NCBI GenBank assembly: GCA_016930235.1
Contig: JAFGHI010000047.1
Location: 8,534 to 72,533 of the forward strand
DNA: 64,000 bases
Origin: Candidatus Omnitrophota bacterium
GTDB lineage: Bacteria > Omnitrophota > Omnitrophia > Omnitrophales > Aquincolibacteriaceae
Direction: 5' to 3'
The translations under genes and the position numbers were made by a program. The notes under the pieces are model-generated. The model saw only the letters and a program-made list of their open reading frames with translations, did no database searches and was not told the origin of the DNA. Shown here in pieces: positions 1 through 9,513 of the stretch (position 1 is its first letter; every line of letters begins with the position of its first letter).

Positions 1-721
1 AAACGCCAGAACGAAATAAATACCAAGCCTTTGGTTTTGTCTTCATCAATTTCTTTAATTTATTTTCACTAAAAGCTTCATTGCCTTCGAAAGAAATAGA
101 TCGAATCTTATACTTCATTCCTTCTTCAACTCGGACATAAACCGTAGCTTCCTTCGTCGTATGGTTGACGTCAACTTCGGAATCAACCGTTACAAACCGA
201 TACCCCTTATCGCGGTACATCTTTTGAACAGCGGCAACCCCTTCTTTAACCGCTCGCCGATCCAAAATCTGTCCTTCAAGAATCTTGATTTCCTTTCTGA
301 TCTTGTCCTCGCCAAAAATGCTAAACCCCTCAATGATAATCTGCCGAATGATGGGTTTCTCGACAACGTTAACGATTAACTTATACCCGTCGGCCCTTTC
401 ATCCACTTCCATATGGATATCTTCAAAAAATCCAGTCCCGTAGAGCCTTTTGATATCAGCATTAACTGTCTCCTGAACCAGATAGCTCCCTTTTTGAGAT
501 TTAATTTTACTCAAGATTGTATTGCTGCTGATAATTTGGTTGCCACGAATCTCAACTTCGACAATCTGGCTGGCCCGGGCTGCCTCACGGTCAGACACTT
601 TAGTTTCTTCGCTTAACCCACTTTTCGTTGCCGAATAATCACCGTCCATTTCGGCTAAGACATAATGACCACAGATAAACAACATCAAAATTAGGATTCC
701 CATGAAGAGAGCTTTTTTCAT
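1..721 (-). CDS. bamA: Outer membrane protein assembly factor BamA/Omp85, partial: N-terminal signal peptide plus POTRA region; 3' end lies beyond the window start
   Basis: Minus-strand ATG at 721-719, forming TAATG with the dnaB stop, opens a frame that runs off the window start. It is absent from the ORF track because there is no in-window stop. My manual translation reads MKKALFMGILILMLFICGHYVLA (signal peptide), then POTRA-like repeats VEVEIRGNQIISSNTIL, IIIEGFSIFGEDKIRKEIKILEGQILD and ISFEGNEAFSENKLKKLM. Confidence 0.6.
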   Translation of the reverse strand, partial: MKKALFMGILILMLFICGHYVLAEMDGDYSATKSGLSEETKVSDREAARASQIVEVEIRGNQIISSNTILSKIKSQKGSYLVQETVNADIKRLYGTGFFEDIHMEVDERADGYKLIVNVVEKPIIRQIIIEGFSIFGEDKIRKEIKILEGQILDRRAVKEGVAAVQKMYRDKGYRFVTVDSEVDVNHTTKEATVYVRVEEGMKYKIRSISFEGNEAFSENKLKKLMKTKPKAWYLFRSGV

Positions 722-2085
722 TAGATTTCTCCCTCAATCCGATGTAACTCCGGGTTATCAAAACGTGTCCATTCTTTAAGGAAAACGAGCTCGATCGAAC
801 CTGTCGGGCCATTACGCTGTTTTGCAATAATAGCCTCCGCTTTATTCCGATTTTCTTCTGTAGGATTATAATACTCTTCTCGGAAAAGGAAAACGACAAC
901 ATCTGCGTCCTGTTCAATAGCTCCTGATTCACGCAAGTCGGACAGCTGCGGACGATTCCCTGTCCGGCTTTCAACAGCACGAGACAATTGGCTTACAGCT
1001 ATAACAGGAACCCTTAATTCTCTGGCCAGAGCCTTAAGCGAACGAGATATTTCCGAAATTTCCTGCTGACGGCTTTCTGAACGCCCTGTTCCCTGCATAA
1101 GTTGTAGATAATCAACAAGAACGAGCTTGATCCCATGTTGCATTTTAAGGCGCCTAGCCTTAGCGCGAATCTCCAGAATAGTTTGGCCGGGAGTATCGTC
1201 AATAAAAATTGGGGCCTCAGACAATTTCCCAGCCGCACTCGTCAGCTTAGGCCAATCTTGATGCGACAAATAACCTGTACGCACTTTCTGGGCATCCACA
1301 CGCGCATGAGAACATAGCATCCTCTGAACCAACTGCTCTTTACTCATTTCTAAAGAAAAAAATGCAAGCGGTTCGCCAAGCACAATCCCAATATGTTCAC
1401 AAACGGCTGAGACAAAAGCCGACTTCCCCATCGAAGGACGGCCAGCGATAATAATAAGGTCGGACGATTGCAATCCTGCTGTTTTGATATCAAACTCATG
1501 AAACCCTGTCGCTAACCCCGTGACGTGTTCTTTACGCTGGTATAATTTGTCAATCGTTTCCATGCTGTCATGAATGATATCTTTCATGGAATAAAATTTG
1601 CCTTCGATTCGGTGCTGACTGATATCAAAGATCATTTTTTCGGCTCTGTCCAAAACTCCCGAAATTTCTTCTTCGGAATCAAAACAATCCTGAACAATAT
1701 GAGTCGCGTTCTGGATCAAACCCCTCAGCAAAGCCTTTTCTTTAACGACATGGGCATAATGAACTACGTGAGCCGCTGTTGGAACCATCGCCGTTAACTG
1801 GGTAAGATAACTAACGCCTCCGACATCCTCGATTTGATTTTTTTTCTTAAGCTCTTCGGAAACCGTCACGAGATCGACAGGATGATTCTTTTCAAAAAGC
1901 ACCTGCATCGCAGAAAATATGCGTCTATGATTTTCGTCGTAAAAGTATTCGGAACGAAGAAGTTCGAGGGCTTGAACAAGAGCGCTTTCTTCGAAAAGCA
2001 TCGCACCGAGAACACTCATTTCAGCATCCCGGCTTTGGGGCGGAACTTTTTCTAAAAGATTTGATGAAATATCCGAATTCGCCAC
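721..2085 (-). CDS. dnaB: Replicative DNA helicase DnaB
   Basis: 454 aa. N-terminus is DnaB-like (RDAEMSVLGAMLFE). Walker A is GRPSMGKSAF and a RecA-like C-terminal domain follows. GTG start at 2085. Confidence 0.9.
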   Translation of the reverse strand: MANSDISSNLLEKVPPQSRDAEMSVLGAMLFEESALVQALELLRSEYFYDENHRRIFSAMQVLFEKNHPVDLVTVSEELKKKNQIEDVGGVSYLTQLTAMVPTAAHVVHYAHVVKEKALLRGLIQNATHIVQDCFDSEEEISGVLDRAEKMIFDISQHRIEGKFYSMKDIIHDSMETIDKLYQRKEHVTGLATGFHEFDIKTAGLQSSDLIIIAGRPSMGKSAFVSAVCEHIGIVLGEPLAFFSLEMSKEQLVQRMLCSHARVDAQKVRTGYLSHQDWPKLTSAAGKLSEAPIFIDDTPGQTILEIRAKARRLKMQHGIKLVLVDYLQLMQGTGRSESRQQEISEISRSLKALARELRVPVIAVSQLSRAVESRTGNRPQLSDLRESGAIEQDADVVVFLFREEYYNPTEENRNKAEAIIAKQRNGPTGSIELVFLKEWTRFDNPELHRIEGEI

Positions 2086-2106
2086 GAATCTACCTTCAAC
2101 ACAACA

Positions 2107-2553
2107 CTACTGCTGTTGAACGACTTCAACATTAATTGTCGCTTTCACCTGGGGATATATCTCAATATTAACCGCATAGGTCCCCAATGCATGAATAGCT
2201 TCCCGCAATTCAATCTGTTTCTTTGTGAATTGATATCCTTGACGGCCCAATGCTTCAACCACATCTTGAGCAGTGACGGAGCCAAACAACTTTCCCTTTT
2301 CCCCTGCTTTAGCGTCAATCTTAAGTTTCAGCGATTTTAATTTCCCTGCAAACTCTTCCGCCTGATTCTTTTCTTTAGCACGCTTCTTAGCACTTCTTTC
2401 ACGCTGCTCTTCAACAAATTGACGATTAGCTCTTGTCGATGCCAATGCAAGCGTTCGAGGAAAGAGGAAATTTCGCGCATACCCATCACGCACCCGAACA
2501 ACATCCCCTTTGCGACCGACCTTGTCAATGTCCTTAAGTAAAATAACTTCCAT
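2107..2553 (-). CDS. rplI: 50S ribosomal protein L9
   Basis: 148 aa starting MEVILLKDIDKVGRKGDVV. SD AGGAGG lies upstream. Confidence 0.9.
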   Translation of the reverse strand: MEVILLKDIDKVGRKGDVVRVRDGYARNFLFPRTLALASTRANRQFVEEQRERSAKKRAKEKNQAEEFAGKLKSLKLKIDAKAGEKGKLFGSVTAQDVVEALGRQGYQFTKKQIELREAIHALGTYAVNIEIYPQVKATINVEVVQQQ

Positions 2554-2599
2554 CTTTTAAATCCTCCTAATCCTTCCCCTCCACGTACAAGCTATTCAT

Positions 2600-2905
2600 T
2601 TATGCCGTCTGAAAAGCAATAAAAGCAGCATGTCGGGCCCGCTTGATCGCCCTTGCCAACATTCGCTGATGTTTAGCACATGTCCCGGTAATCCTAGAAG
2701 GGACTATTTTCCCTTTTTCTGTTAAAAACCTTCTTATTTTTTCCGTGTCCTTATAATCAATGTTCACGGTTCGTTCAGAGCAAAAACGACATAATTTCCG
2801 CTGAAACAAACGGTTTCCTCCATGCCTCGGAGGACCACCTACTCTAGGCTTACCAGCACCCCTTTTGGGTTTTGTATAAGAGCTTCTCATCGGTTTCTTT
2901 TCCAT
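2600..2905 (-). CDS. rpsR: 30S ribosomal protein S18, with an N-terminal basic extension
   Basis: 101 aa. S18 core [64 protein letters not shown] lies 10 nt upstream of the ATG at 2905. Confidence 0.85.
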   Translation of the reverse strand: MEKKPMRSSYTKPKRGAGKPRVGGPPRHGGNRLFQRKLCRFCSERTVNIDYKDTEKIRRFLTEKGKIVPSRITGTCAKHQRMLARAIKRARHAAFIAFQTA

Positions 2906-2928
2906 TACTTGTTAACTCCTTTATTCGG

Positions 2929-3399
2929 CTAAAATGGGATTTCGTCGTCGGGTTGCAGATCTTTTTCGGAGAAATTATTGGGGCCCCGATCGACAGACCC
3001 AGCTTCTGCCCCTTCCAGGAATGCCGCATCATCTTCCATAGCGGGTTCCGGCGTTGTTTGCCGTGTTCCACGCGATAAAAATTGAACATTTTGAGCAACG
3101 ACCTCGGTTGTCGACCTCTTAGTCCCGTCAGAAGACTCCCAACTTCTTGTTTGCAACCTTCCTTCGACAAAAACAGGACTTCCCTTTTTTAAATACTCGT
3201 TACAAACTTCGGCTCGACGAGCCCACACAACAATACGGATAAAACTAGCTTCTTCTTTCTTTTCTCCGCTTTGAGAAGTGAAATTCCGATTGACTGCGAC
3301 AGTGAAAGTCGCTACCGCTTGCCCGGAAGGCAAATAACGTAATTCAGGATCACGAGTCAGGTTTCCGATCAATAAAACCTTATTAAGGTTAGCTGCCAT
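2929..3399 (-). CDS. ssb: Single-stranded DNA-binding protein
   Basis: 156 aa. OB-fold N-terminus MAANLNKVLLIGNLTRDPELRYLPSGQAVATFTVAVNR and acidic C-terminal tail DDEIPF. SD AAGGAGG. Confidence 0.88.
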   Translation of the reverse strand: MAANLNKVLLIGNLTRDPELRYLPSGQAVATFTVAVNRNFTSQSGEKKEEASFIRIVVWARRAEVCNEYLKKGSPVFVEGRLQTRSWESSDGTKRSTTEVVAQNVQFLSRGTRQTTPEPAMEDDAAFLEGAEAGSVDRGPNNFSEKDLQPDDEIPF

Positions 3400-3425
3400 G
3401 TAAAATGCCTCCTTCGGTTTTCAAT

Positions 3426-3797
3426 CTATTCCTTTGATGACGCCATGTGAGAAACCCTGGAGGTCCTCTCTTCGGGACTACCCCTTTTTGTGTCAAATGC
3501 CTTTGCTACTTTCTGGTTTTTGACCGTAACCATAAAATGCAGCAAGCTTTCATTGAGCTCTAGCATGTTTCTCAACTCAATTGTTTTCCCGCGAGGAACT
3601 TCCATATCGATTACAATAAAATAACCTTCTTTAAACTTTTTTAGATTGTACCCTAAAGGCTTGCGGCCAAGATCGATTTTTTGAACAATCTTCCCGCCAT
3701 TTCTTTTAATCACGTCTTCTAAGGTTTTTTCCTCATTCTTTCTCATTTCCGCCGTTGCTTCTGGCGGAAAAATAAAAACACCCTCATATAACCTCAT
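3426..3797 (-). CDS. rpsF: 30S ribosomal protein S6
   Basis: 123 aa starting MRLYEGVFIFPPE. SD AAAGGAG. Sits in the conserved order rpsF-ssb-rpsR-rplI. Confidence 0.9.
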   Translation of the reverse strand: MRLYEGVFIFPPEATAEMRKNEEKTLEDVIKRNGGKIVQKIDLGRKPLGYNLKKFKEGYFIVIDMEVPRGKTIELRNMLELNESLLHFMVTVKNQKVAKAFDTKRGSPEERTSRVSHMASSKE

Positions 3798-3955
3798 TCT
3801 GTTTCTCCTTTACCTATAAATTCGATGGTTTCCCAAATGGGTTAACAAAACAAATCGCTATCTCATAAAGATGGATTTGACTGAGAACCTATCCCTTCAG
3901 TGCGGCCTAAGCTTCTTCTCTGTTAATGACAATTTTGAAGGCGAATCAATGTAAC

Positions 3956-3994
3956 ACAAAAAAGGGCAATGCGCAAGACTTCGTTTCTTGCATT
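3956..3994 (-). terminator. Intrinsic terminator immediately after the pth stop, separating pth from the rpsF operon
   Basis: Minus strand has AATGCAAGAAACGAAGTCTTGCGCATT, an imperfect hairpin, followed by GCCCTTTTTTGTG. The plus-strand A-run is at 3956-3963. Confidence 0.45.
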
Positions 3995-4586
3995 AACCCC
4001 TTTGATGATCAGTATTTATGATATTCATGGCCTTATCCGGAGGATGAACAAGCCAATCTTGAACAGCGTTGTAACCTCTTTCTAGAACTTCAGTTAGCTC
4101 TTCTTTCTCAAAAGAGGTAAAGGTATCAAGGACAAATTCCTCAAGGGGGATATTCAAATCCCCCCTAGAAATTTCATTCCCGATCCCTATTCTCAACCGG
4201 GAGAAACATCTCGTTTGGAGAGTATTTGTAACAGATTTGAGACCATTATGGCCACCATCACTTCCGCTTACTCTAAATCTCAACTTTCCAAAGGGTAATG
4301 CAATATCATCAACAACGATTAACAAATCTTTCGACACATTAATGTTATAATAGGTGGTTATTTTTCGAACAGCTATCCCAGACAAATTCATATAAGTTGT
4401 CGGATACCCCCAGAAAATCTCCTCTTCTTTCCAACGAACGGATACACCATGAACTTCAAGATCGTTCCTTTTAGATGTTTTGCTCTCGAACTTATCTAAG
4501 CAGTACTGAATAAGCAAACGCCCGATGTTATGCCGGGTTCTAGCATATTTCACACCCGGGTTCCCAAGCCCAAGGATGATTTTCAT
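3993..4586 (-). CDS. pth: Peptidyl-tRNA hydrolase
   Basis: Start taken at MKIILGLGNPG (ATG at 4586). The ORF track's 278-aa version adds a K-rich N-terminal shadow that overlaps the 3' end of L25 in another frame. Motifs include HNIGRLL. Confidence 0.85.
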   Translation of the reverse strand: MKIILGLGNPGVKYARTRHNIGRLLIQYCLDKFESKTSKRNDLEVHGVSVRWKEEEIFWGYPTTYMNLSGIAVRKITTYYNINVSKDLLIVVDDIALPFGKLRFRVSGSDGGHNGLKSVTNTLQTRCFSRLRIGIGNEISRGDLNIPLEEFVLDTFTSFEKEELTEVLERGYNAVQDWLVHPPDKAMNIINTDHQRG

Positions 4587-4650
4587 GAGGAAATCCTTTG
4601 AAATTGCTTCGCAAATAAAAAATCTTGAGGTTTTCGTCCTCGGGATATCG

Positions 4651-5376
4651 TCAGGACTCTTTTTTCTCCTTCTTTTCGGCTGTTTGAGTCCCACCCTCTT
4701 TTTCTTTCGCTGGAGCGGCCTCTTCTTTTTCGCCTTCAGCTTTCTTACCTTTTTCAATGACCTCGGGTTCAGCGGCTTCTTCCGCAGCAGGAACAAGTTC
4801 TTCTTCTTTGCGAGGCGGATGAAGAGCAATCACAGATTCTTCTTCAGAAAGAGTACAAGTCACCGCTTCTGGAATCGAAAGATCCTTAACATGGATACTA
4901 TCACCGATATTCATGCTTTTAACATCAACGGTAATCTTTTCTGGAATCTCTGTGGGAAGACATTCCACTTCAATTTCATGCAAAATAATATCAAGAACTC
5001 CCCCCTCTTTAACCCCGGCAGCTTCTTCAGCATTTTCGATGTTAATAGGTACCTTAACCGTAATTTTTTCCGTCAAAGAAATAACTGTCAAATCCAAGTG
5101 TGAAATTTTGTCGCTCACCGGATTGTGAGTAAGCTCTTTGATCAGACAAGTCGATTCACGAAGAGTAACTCCTTCAACGTTGAGATCGATGAGAACGTTT
5201 TCTCCTGCTTTTGTCTGCAAAGCACGATACAATTCCTTTGCGTCTACAGAAACCGCAAGAGGTTCCATGCCATGCCCGTAAACAATTGCTGGCACCAATC
5301 CTTCTTTGCGGATACGTTTTGCTGCCCCTTTTCCAAATTGCTCACGAGGCTTTGCGTTCAAGTTAACTTTTTCCAT
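4651..5376 (-). CDS. 50S ribosomal protein L25, general stress protein Ctc form, with an E/K-rich C-terminal tail
   Basis: 241 aa. MEKVNLNAKPREQFGKGAAKRIRKEGLVPAIVYGHG matches the L25/Ctc N-domain. Strong SD AAAGGAGG. Confidence 0.85.
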   Translation of the reverse strand: MEKVNLNAKPREQFGKGAAKRIRKEGLVPAIVYGHGMEPLAVSVDAKELYRALQTKAGENVLIDLNVEGVTLRESTCLIKELTHNPVSDKISHLDLTVISLTEKITVKVPINIENAEEAAGVKEGGVLDIILHEIEVECLPTEIPEKITVDVKSMNIGDSIHVKDLSIPEAVTCTLSEEESVIALHPPRKEEELVPAAEEAAEPEVIEKGKKAEGEKEEAAPAKEKEGGTQTAEKKEKKES

Positions 5377-5424
5377 TCCGAAATTCCTCCTTTAAAATAA
5401 TGATTTCAATGTTTCATCAATTTT

Positions 5425-6420
5425 TTAAGCTTCTACCCCAACTTGAGAAAACAATGAACTGACTGATTGATTCTTATGAATCCTAAAAATAGCTTCTGCC
5501 AGTAGTAAAGCCACGGAAAGCTGCTTAATTTTATCCAATTGTTTCTCCGGAGTCAGCGGAATCGTATTCGTTACCACGAGCTCTTTGATCTCTGACTTTT
5601 TGATTCTTTCTATAGCCGACCCCGCAAGAACAGGGTGAACAATCCCCGCATAAATGTCTAATCCTCCCGCTTGCTTTAACGCCCTGACAGCTTCAACAAG
5701 TGAACCTGCCGTTGAAATGAGATCATCCACAATAAGAATGTTATGACCTTCAACCTCACCAATGATATTCATCACATGAATTTCAGATGCATTCTCTCTC
5801 CTTTTATCAACAATCGCCAAAGGACATTCCAGTATACTCGCATAAGCCCGGGCCATCTTGATGCCCCCCACATCCGGAGAAACAACAACAAGATTTTTCA
5901 ATCCCTTTTTTCGAAAATAATCCCCGAGGACATTAATCGAATAAAGATGGTCCACCGGAATATCAAAGAAGCCCTGAATTTGTCCTGCATGAAGGTCCAT
6001 CGTCAGAATCCGATCGGCCCCTGCTTTGGTCAACAAATTAGCAACAAGTTTTGCCGTAATCGGAACCCTCGGTCTGTCTTTCCGATCCTGCCTTGCATAA
6101 CCGAAGAAAGGCAACACAGCCGTTACCCTTTTTGCTGACGCTCTTTTAGCAGCATCAATCAAGATTAAAAGCTCCATCAAATAATCATTCGGAGAATTAC
6201 AAATCGACTCCACGATAAAAACATCTTTCCCGCGCACATTTTCCCGAATCTGGACTTGTATTTCTCCTTCGGGGAACCGCCCAACCAAAACATCCGCCGA
6301 GGGCTTACCCAATAACTCTGCGATTTCACTGACCAACACCGCATTTGAATTCCCCCCAATGATGACAAGATTTTCATGCCCGTTCTTCATTTGTCCTTTT
6401 AATTTTTCTAAGCCAAACAT
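5425..6420 (-). CDS. prs: Ribose-phosphate pyrophosphokinase (PRPP synthetase)
   Basis: 331 aa. Motifs RFPEGEIQVQIRENVRGKDVFIV, PFFGYARQDRK and VSPDVGG. Alternative start at 6390 (MKNGHENL). Confidence 0.9.
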   Translation of the reverse strand: MFGLEKLKGQMKNGHENLVIIGGNSNAVLVSEIAELLGKPSADVLVGRFPEGEIQVQIRENVRGKDVFIVESICNSPNDYLMELLILIDAAKRASAKRVTAVLPFFGYARQDRKDRPRVPITAKLVANLLTKAGADRILTMDLHAGQIQGFFDIPVDHLYSINVLGDYFRKKGLKNLVVVSPDVGGIKMARAYASILECPLAIVDKRRENASEIHVMNIIGEVEGHNILIVDDLISTAGSLVEAVRALKQAGGLDIYAGIVHPVLAGSAIERIKKSEIKELVVTNTIPLTPEKQLDKIKQLSVALLLAEAIFRIHKNQSVSSLFSQVGVEA

Positions 6421-6450
6421 AGCATTATCCTCTTTGGTTTAATTTCTGGA

Positions 6451-7725
6451 TTATCGGTAACCAGCTTTTTTTTTCACGACCCGGGCTGGGACCCCAACTA
6501 CAACCTCTCCCTTTTTTGTTTTTGTTCTTCTCGTTAACACAGCTCCAGCCCCTGTTCGCACTTGATCGGCAACCTTCACAGGAGCAACAAAAACAGTATT
6601 CGAACCAATCAAGACTTTTTTACCGATTCTTGTCACATGTTTTTTCTTTCCATCATAATTTGCTGTAATAGTTCCCGCTCCCACATTTGTCATATCGCCG
6701 ATCACAGCATCTCCAAGATAAGACAGATGTTTAGCTAAAACCTTTTTACCAATTTTTGAACGATTGACCTCTACAAAAGAACCAATAGCGGCCCCATCTT
6801 CAATACGGGTCCCTGTGCGGATTTTGGCAAACGGCCCTATTTGACAATTGCGACCGATTCGGACTCCCGCTTCGATATAGGACCAGGGAAAGATAACCGT
6901 ATCTCGCCCTATCTTAGCTCCCGGTTCAATATAAGTCTGTTCCGGAAATAAAATGGTAACACCACGCTCTTGATGATACTGAATCTCTCGATTTTTCATT
7001 GTTCTCACCGCCGTTGCTAAATCCTCACGTGAATTAATACCCTGGGCTTCTTCACCCAAAGCTAAGGGAAGCGCTTCTACCTTTTTCCCTTGTTGAATCA
7101 ATATTTCCACAGTGTCGGTTAAGTACAGTTCTTTTTTTCGATTAAGGGGTTTAATTTTCTTCAGAGCGGGAAACAAATCCTCCGTTTTAAAAAGGTAAAT
7201 TCCCGAACTAACCTCTTGAATCCTTTTTTCCGCTTCAGAAGCATCTATTTCTTCTCGAATAGCAATAAAATCACCACCAGCGCGGATAATCCTGCCATAC
7301 CCAAAAGGATCTTGATGCAGCGCTGACAGAACAGTTGCGGAATTGGAAGATTCCCGGTGACACCGCATCAAGGTTCTAATCGTTCTTGGTTTCATCAACG
7401 GCATATCACCGGGCCAGATCAGAACTTCACCAGGATACTTCAAAAAAGGTTGCGTCATCATCACCGCATGTCCGGTTCCTTTCTGGACCTTTTGAAAAAC
7501 CAAACGGATCGAAACCGGCTTACCCTTTTTCCACTCCGCTACGAAAGAACGGACTTCATCACTACCAGCACCTACCACGACACAAAAGTCGCGGACACCG
7601 AGGCTATAAAGTGTTTCTAATACATATCTCAGCATAGCGCATCCCATTACCTTATGTAAAACCTTAGGATGCAATGAACGCATCCGCGTTCCCTTCCCAG
7701 CCGCTAAGATCACCGCATGCAACAC
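6451..7725 (-). CDS. glmU: Bifunctional UDP-N-acetylglucosamine pyrophosphorylase / glucosamine-1-phosphate acetyltransferase
   Basis: 424 aa. N-terminal LAAGKGTRM nucleotidyltransferase motif, then hexapeptide-repeat C-terminal half. GTG start. Confidence 0.9.
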   Translation of the reverse strand: MLHAVILAAGKGTRMRSLHPKVLHKVMGCAMLRYVLETLYSLGVRDFCVVVGAGSDEVRSFVAEWKKGKPVSIRLVFQKVQKGTGHAVMMTQPFLKYPGEVLIWPGDMPLMKPRTIRTLMRCHRESSNSATVLSALHQDPFGYGRIIRAGGDFIAIREEIDASEAEKRIQEVSSGIYLFKTEDLFPALKKIKPLNRKKELYLTDTVEILIQQGKKVEALPLALGEEAQGINSREDLATAVRTMKNREIQYHQERGVTILFPEQTYIEPGAKIGRDTVIFPWSYIEAGVRIGRNCQIGPFAKIRTGTRIEDGAAIGSFVEVNRSKIGKKVLAKHLSYLGDAVIGDMTNVGAGTITANYDGKKKHVTRIGKKVLIGSNTVFVAPVKVADQVRTGAGAVLTRRTKTKKGEVVVGVPARVVKKKAGYR

Positions 7726-7728
7726 CGG

Positions 7729-8607
7729 TCAGCCCTTTATCCCGCTTAACTTAATACCTTCCACAAAAAACCGTTGATTAAAAACAAAAACAACAAGTAT
7801 CGGAAAAATCATCATAACGGACCCTGCCATCAAATAAGTCCAATGAGTCCCATGTAAACTTTGAAAATAAGCTAGACCAATTGGTAAGGTAAATTTCTCA
7901 TGTGTATTCATCACAATGAGCGGCCACATAAAATTCATCCATGACCCCATAAACGTAAAAGTCGTCAACGTTGCAAGGGCCGGTTTAGATAAAGGCAAAA
8001 TGATGCGCCAAAAGATTCCCAGATAGGTACAGCCATCTATTTTTGCTGCATCCTCCAAATCTTTCGGAAGCGTCAAAAAAAATTGCCTCAGCATAAAAGT
8101 CCCATAAGCGGTAAAAATACCCGGCAAGATCATGGCTTTATAAGTATCGATCCATCCCAAATATCGAAGCAAAATAAAAACCGGGATCATTGTAACAGCA
8201 CCAGGGACCATCATCGTAGCAAGATAAGCGAAGAAAACTCTATCCCGGCCTGGAAAACGGAGCCGTGCAAAAGCATAAGCCGCGCAAGCGCTGGTCACCA
8301 CTTGACCCAAAGTAACACAAAGAGTCACGAAAATTGAGTTTAGATAAAAACGGACAAAGGGTACAACTTGTGATGCTTTAATATAATTTTGCCAAACAAA
8401 AGAGTTGGGGATCCATTCAGACCACCAATCTTTTTGAAATGAGAAAACAGCGCCCGGTTCTTTAAGAGATGTCGTTATCATCCACAAAAAAGGGGCAACC
8501 ATGGTAATGGCGCCAGCACTCATTAAAAGATAAGCCGTTGCTTTTTTTATTGTAACTTTTACCCTTTGCATTCTCTTCATTTCTTCATACTTTGTCATTA
8601 TTGACAC
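7729..8607 (-). CDS. Carbohydrate ABC transporter permease (MalG/UgpE-like)
   Basis: 292 aa, 6 TM. EAA-loop motif EDAAKIDGCTYLGIFWRIILPLSKPAL. GTG start at 8607 or ATG at 8598. Confidence 0.75.
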   Translation of the reverse strand: MSIMTKYEEMKRMQRVKVTIKKATAYLLMSAGAITMVAPFLWMITTSLKEPGAVFSFQKDWWSEWIPNSFVWQNYIKASQVVPFVRFYLNSIFVTLCVTLGQVVTSACAAYAFARLRFPGRDRVFFAYLATMMVPGAVTMIPVFILLRYLGWIDTYKAMILPGIFTAYGTFMLRQFFLTLPKDLEDAAKIDGCTYLGIFWRIILPLSKPALATLTTFTFMGSWMNFMWPLIVMNTHEKFTLPIGLAYFQSLHGTHWTYLMAGSVMMIFPILVVFVFNQRFFVEGIKLSGIKG

Positions 8608-9513
8608 TCAATGATAATGAACCGTGCGTCCAAAAAATCTCCACTGAATCAGCGTAAAAGAAAAAACAATAATAAACAAAACCCAGGCAATTGCAGCTGC
8701 ATACCCCATATGCCCCCACTCAAAAGCCTCATTATAAAGATAGTAGATAATCGTCGTCGTCGAACCATTTGGCCCCCCACCTGTCATAATATAGGCGGGA
8801 TCAAATCCCGCTTGGAAGCCTCCAATGACACTCATGATCGCAATAAAAAATGTTGTCGGTGAAATCTGAGGCCAGGTCACCGCCCAGAATTTCTGCCATC
8901 CATTGGCCCCATCGACTTCTGCAGCATCATAAAGATCTCGCGGGACACCCTGAAGAGCGGCCAAATACAAAATCATGTTATAACCACCCACCGTTTGCCA
9001 GACGCTCATAATAATAAGAGCCGGTTTGGCCCATACCTCATCCTGCAACCAATATGGCCCCTTTAGATTTAAGTTCAAGAGATCACCAAATCCCGCAATC
9101 ATGTTGTTCAAAACGCCAAACTCGGGATTATAAATAAGTTTCCAAAGAATAAAAATCGCGACGCCTGAGGAAATCGTAGGGAGAAAGTAAACCGTTCGAA
9201 AAAAAACAATCCCCTTCAACTTCTGGTTCAAAATTAAAGCCAATATCAGAGAACCTGCCATGCTGATAGGAATCGCCAGCATAAGATAAACGGTGTTCCA
9301 GCAATACTTCCAAAAGAACGGGTCTTTCACCAACCCGATAAAATTTTTTATCCCCACCCATCGAGGCGGGGATAAGAGATCCCATTCCATAAAACTCAGC
9401 ACCAAAGAAGCAAAAACCGGGACGGAAGTAAAAATCAAAAAACCAACAAAATTCGGCATCAAAAAACCATACGCTGCAAGGGCTTCTCTTGACGAGTTTT
9501 TGATCGCTTTCAT
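8608..9513 (-). CDS. Carbohydrate ABC transporter permease (MalF/UgpA-like)
   Basis: Start taken at MKAIKNSS (ATG at 9513, forming ATGA with the clpX stop). The longer ORF-track start would overlap clpX by 81 nt. EAA-like motif [21 protein letters not shown]. Confidence 0.7.
   Translation of the reverse strand: MKAIKNSSREALAAYGFLMPNFVGFLIFTSVPVFASLVLSFMEWDLLSPPRWVGIKNFIGLVKDPFFWKYCWNTVYLMLAIPISMAGSLILALILNQKLKGIVFFRTVYFLPTISSGVAIFILWKLIYNPEFGVLNNMIAGFGDLLNLNLKGPYWLQDEVWAKPALIIMSVWQTVGGYNMILYLAALQGVPRDLYDAAEVDGANGWQKFWAVTWPQISPTTFFIAIMSVIGGFQAGFDPAYIMTGGGPNGSTTTIIYYLYNEAFEWGHMGYAAAIAWVLFIIVFSFTLIQWRFFGRTVHYH

Noticed and set aside
161-616. Plus-strand ORFs 161..379 and 413..616 at the window start
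   Set aside because: They lie antisense inside the minus-strand BamA reading frame, which has clear POTRA motifs.
3993-4829. 278-aa pth ORF with lysine-rich N-terminal extension
   Set aside because: The extension overlaps the 3' end of the L25 gene in another frame. The conserved Pth N-terminus MKIILGLGNPG starts at ATG 4586, with a 64-nt gap after L25.
4525-5103. 192-aa plus-strand ORF, and many similar 60-250-aa ORFs (e.g. 17023..17700, 56211..56954, 53641..54015, 59570..59890)
   Set aside because: They lie antisense to, or out of frame within, strongly supported conserved genes (L25, gatA, rplL/rpoB, rpoB, tuf). They have low-complexity composition and no SD. They are shadow ORFs.
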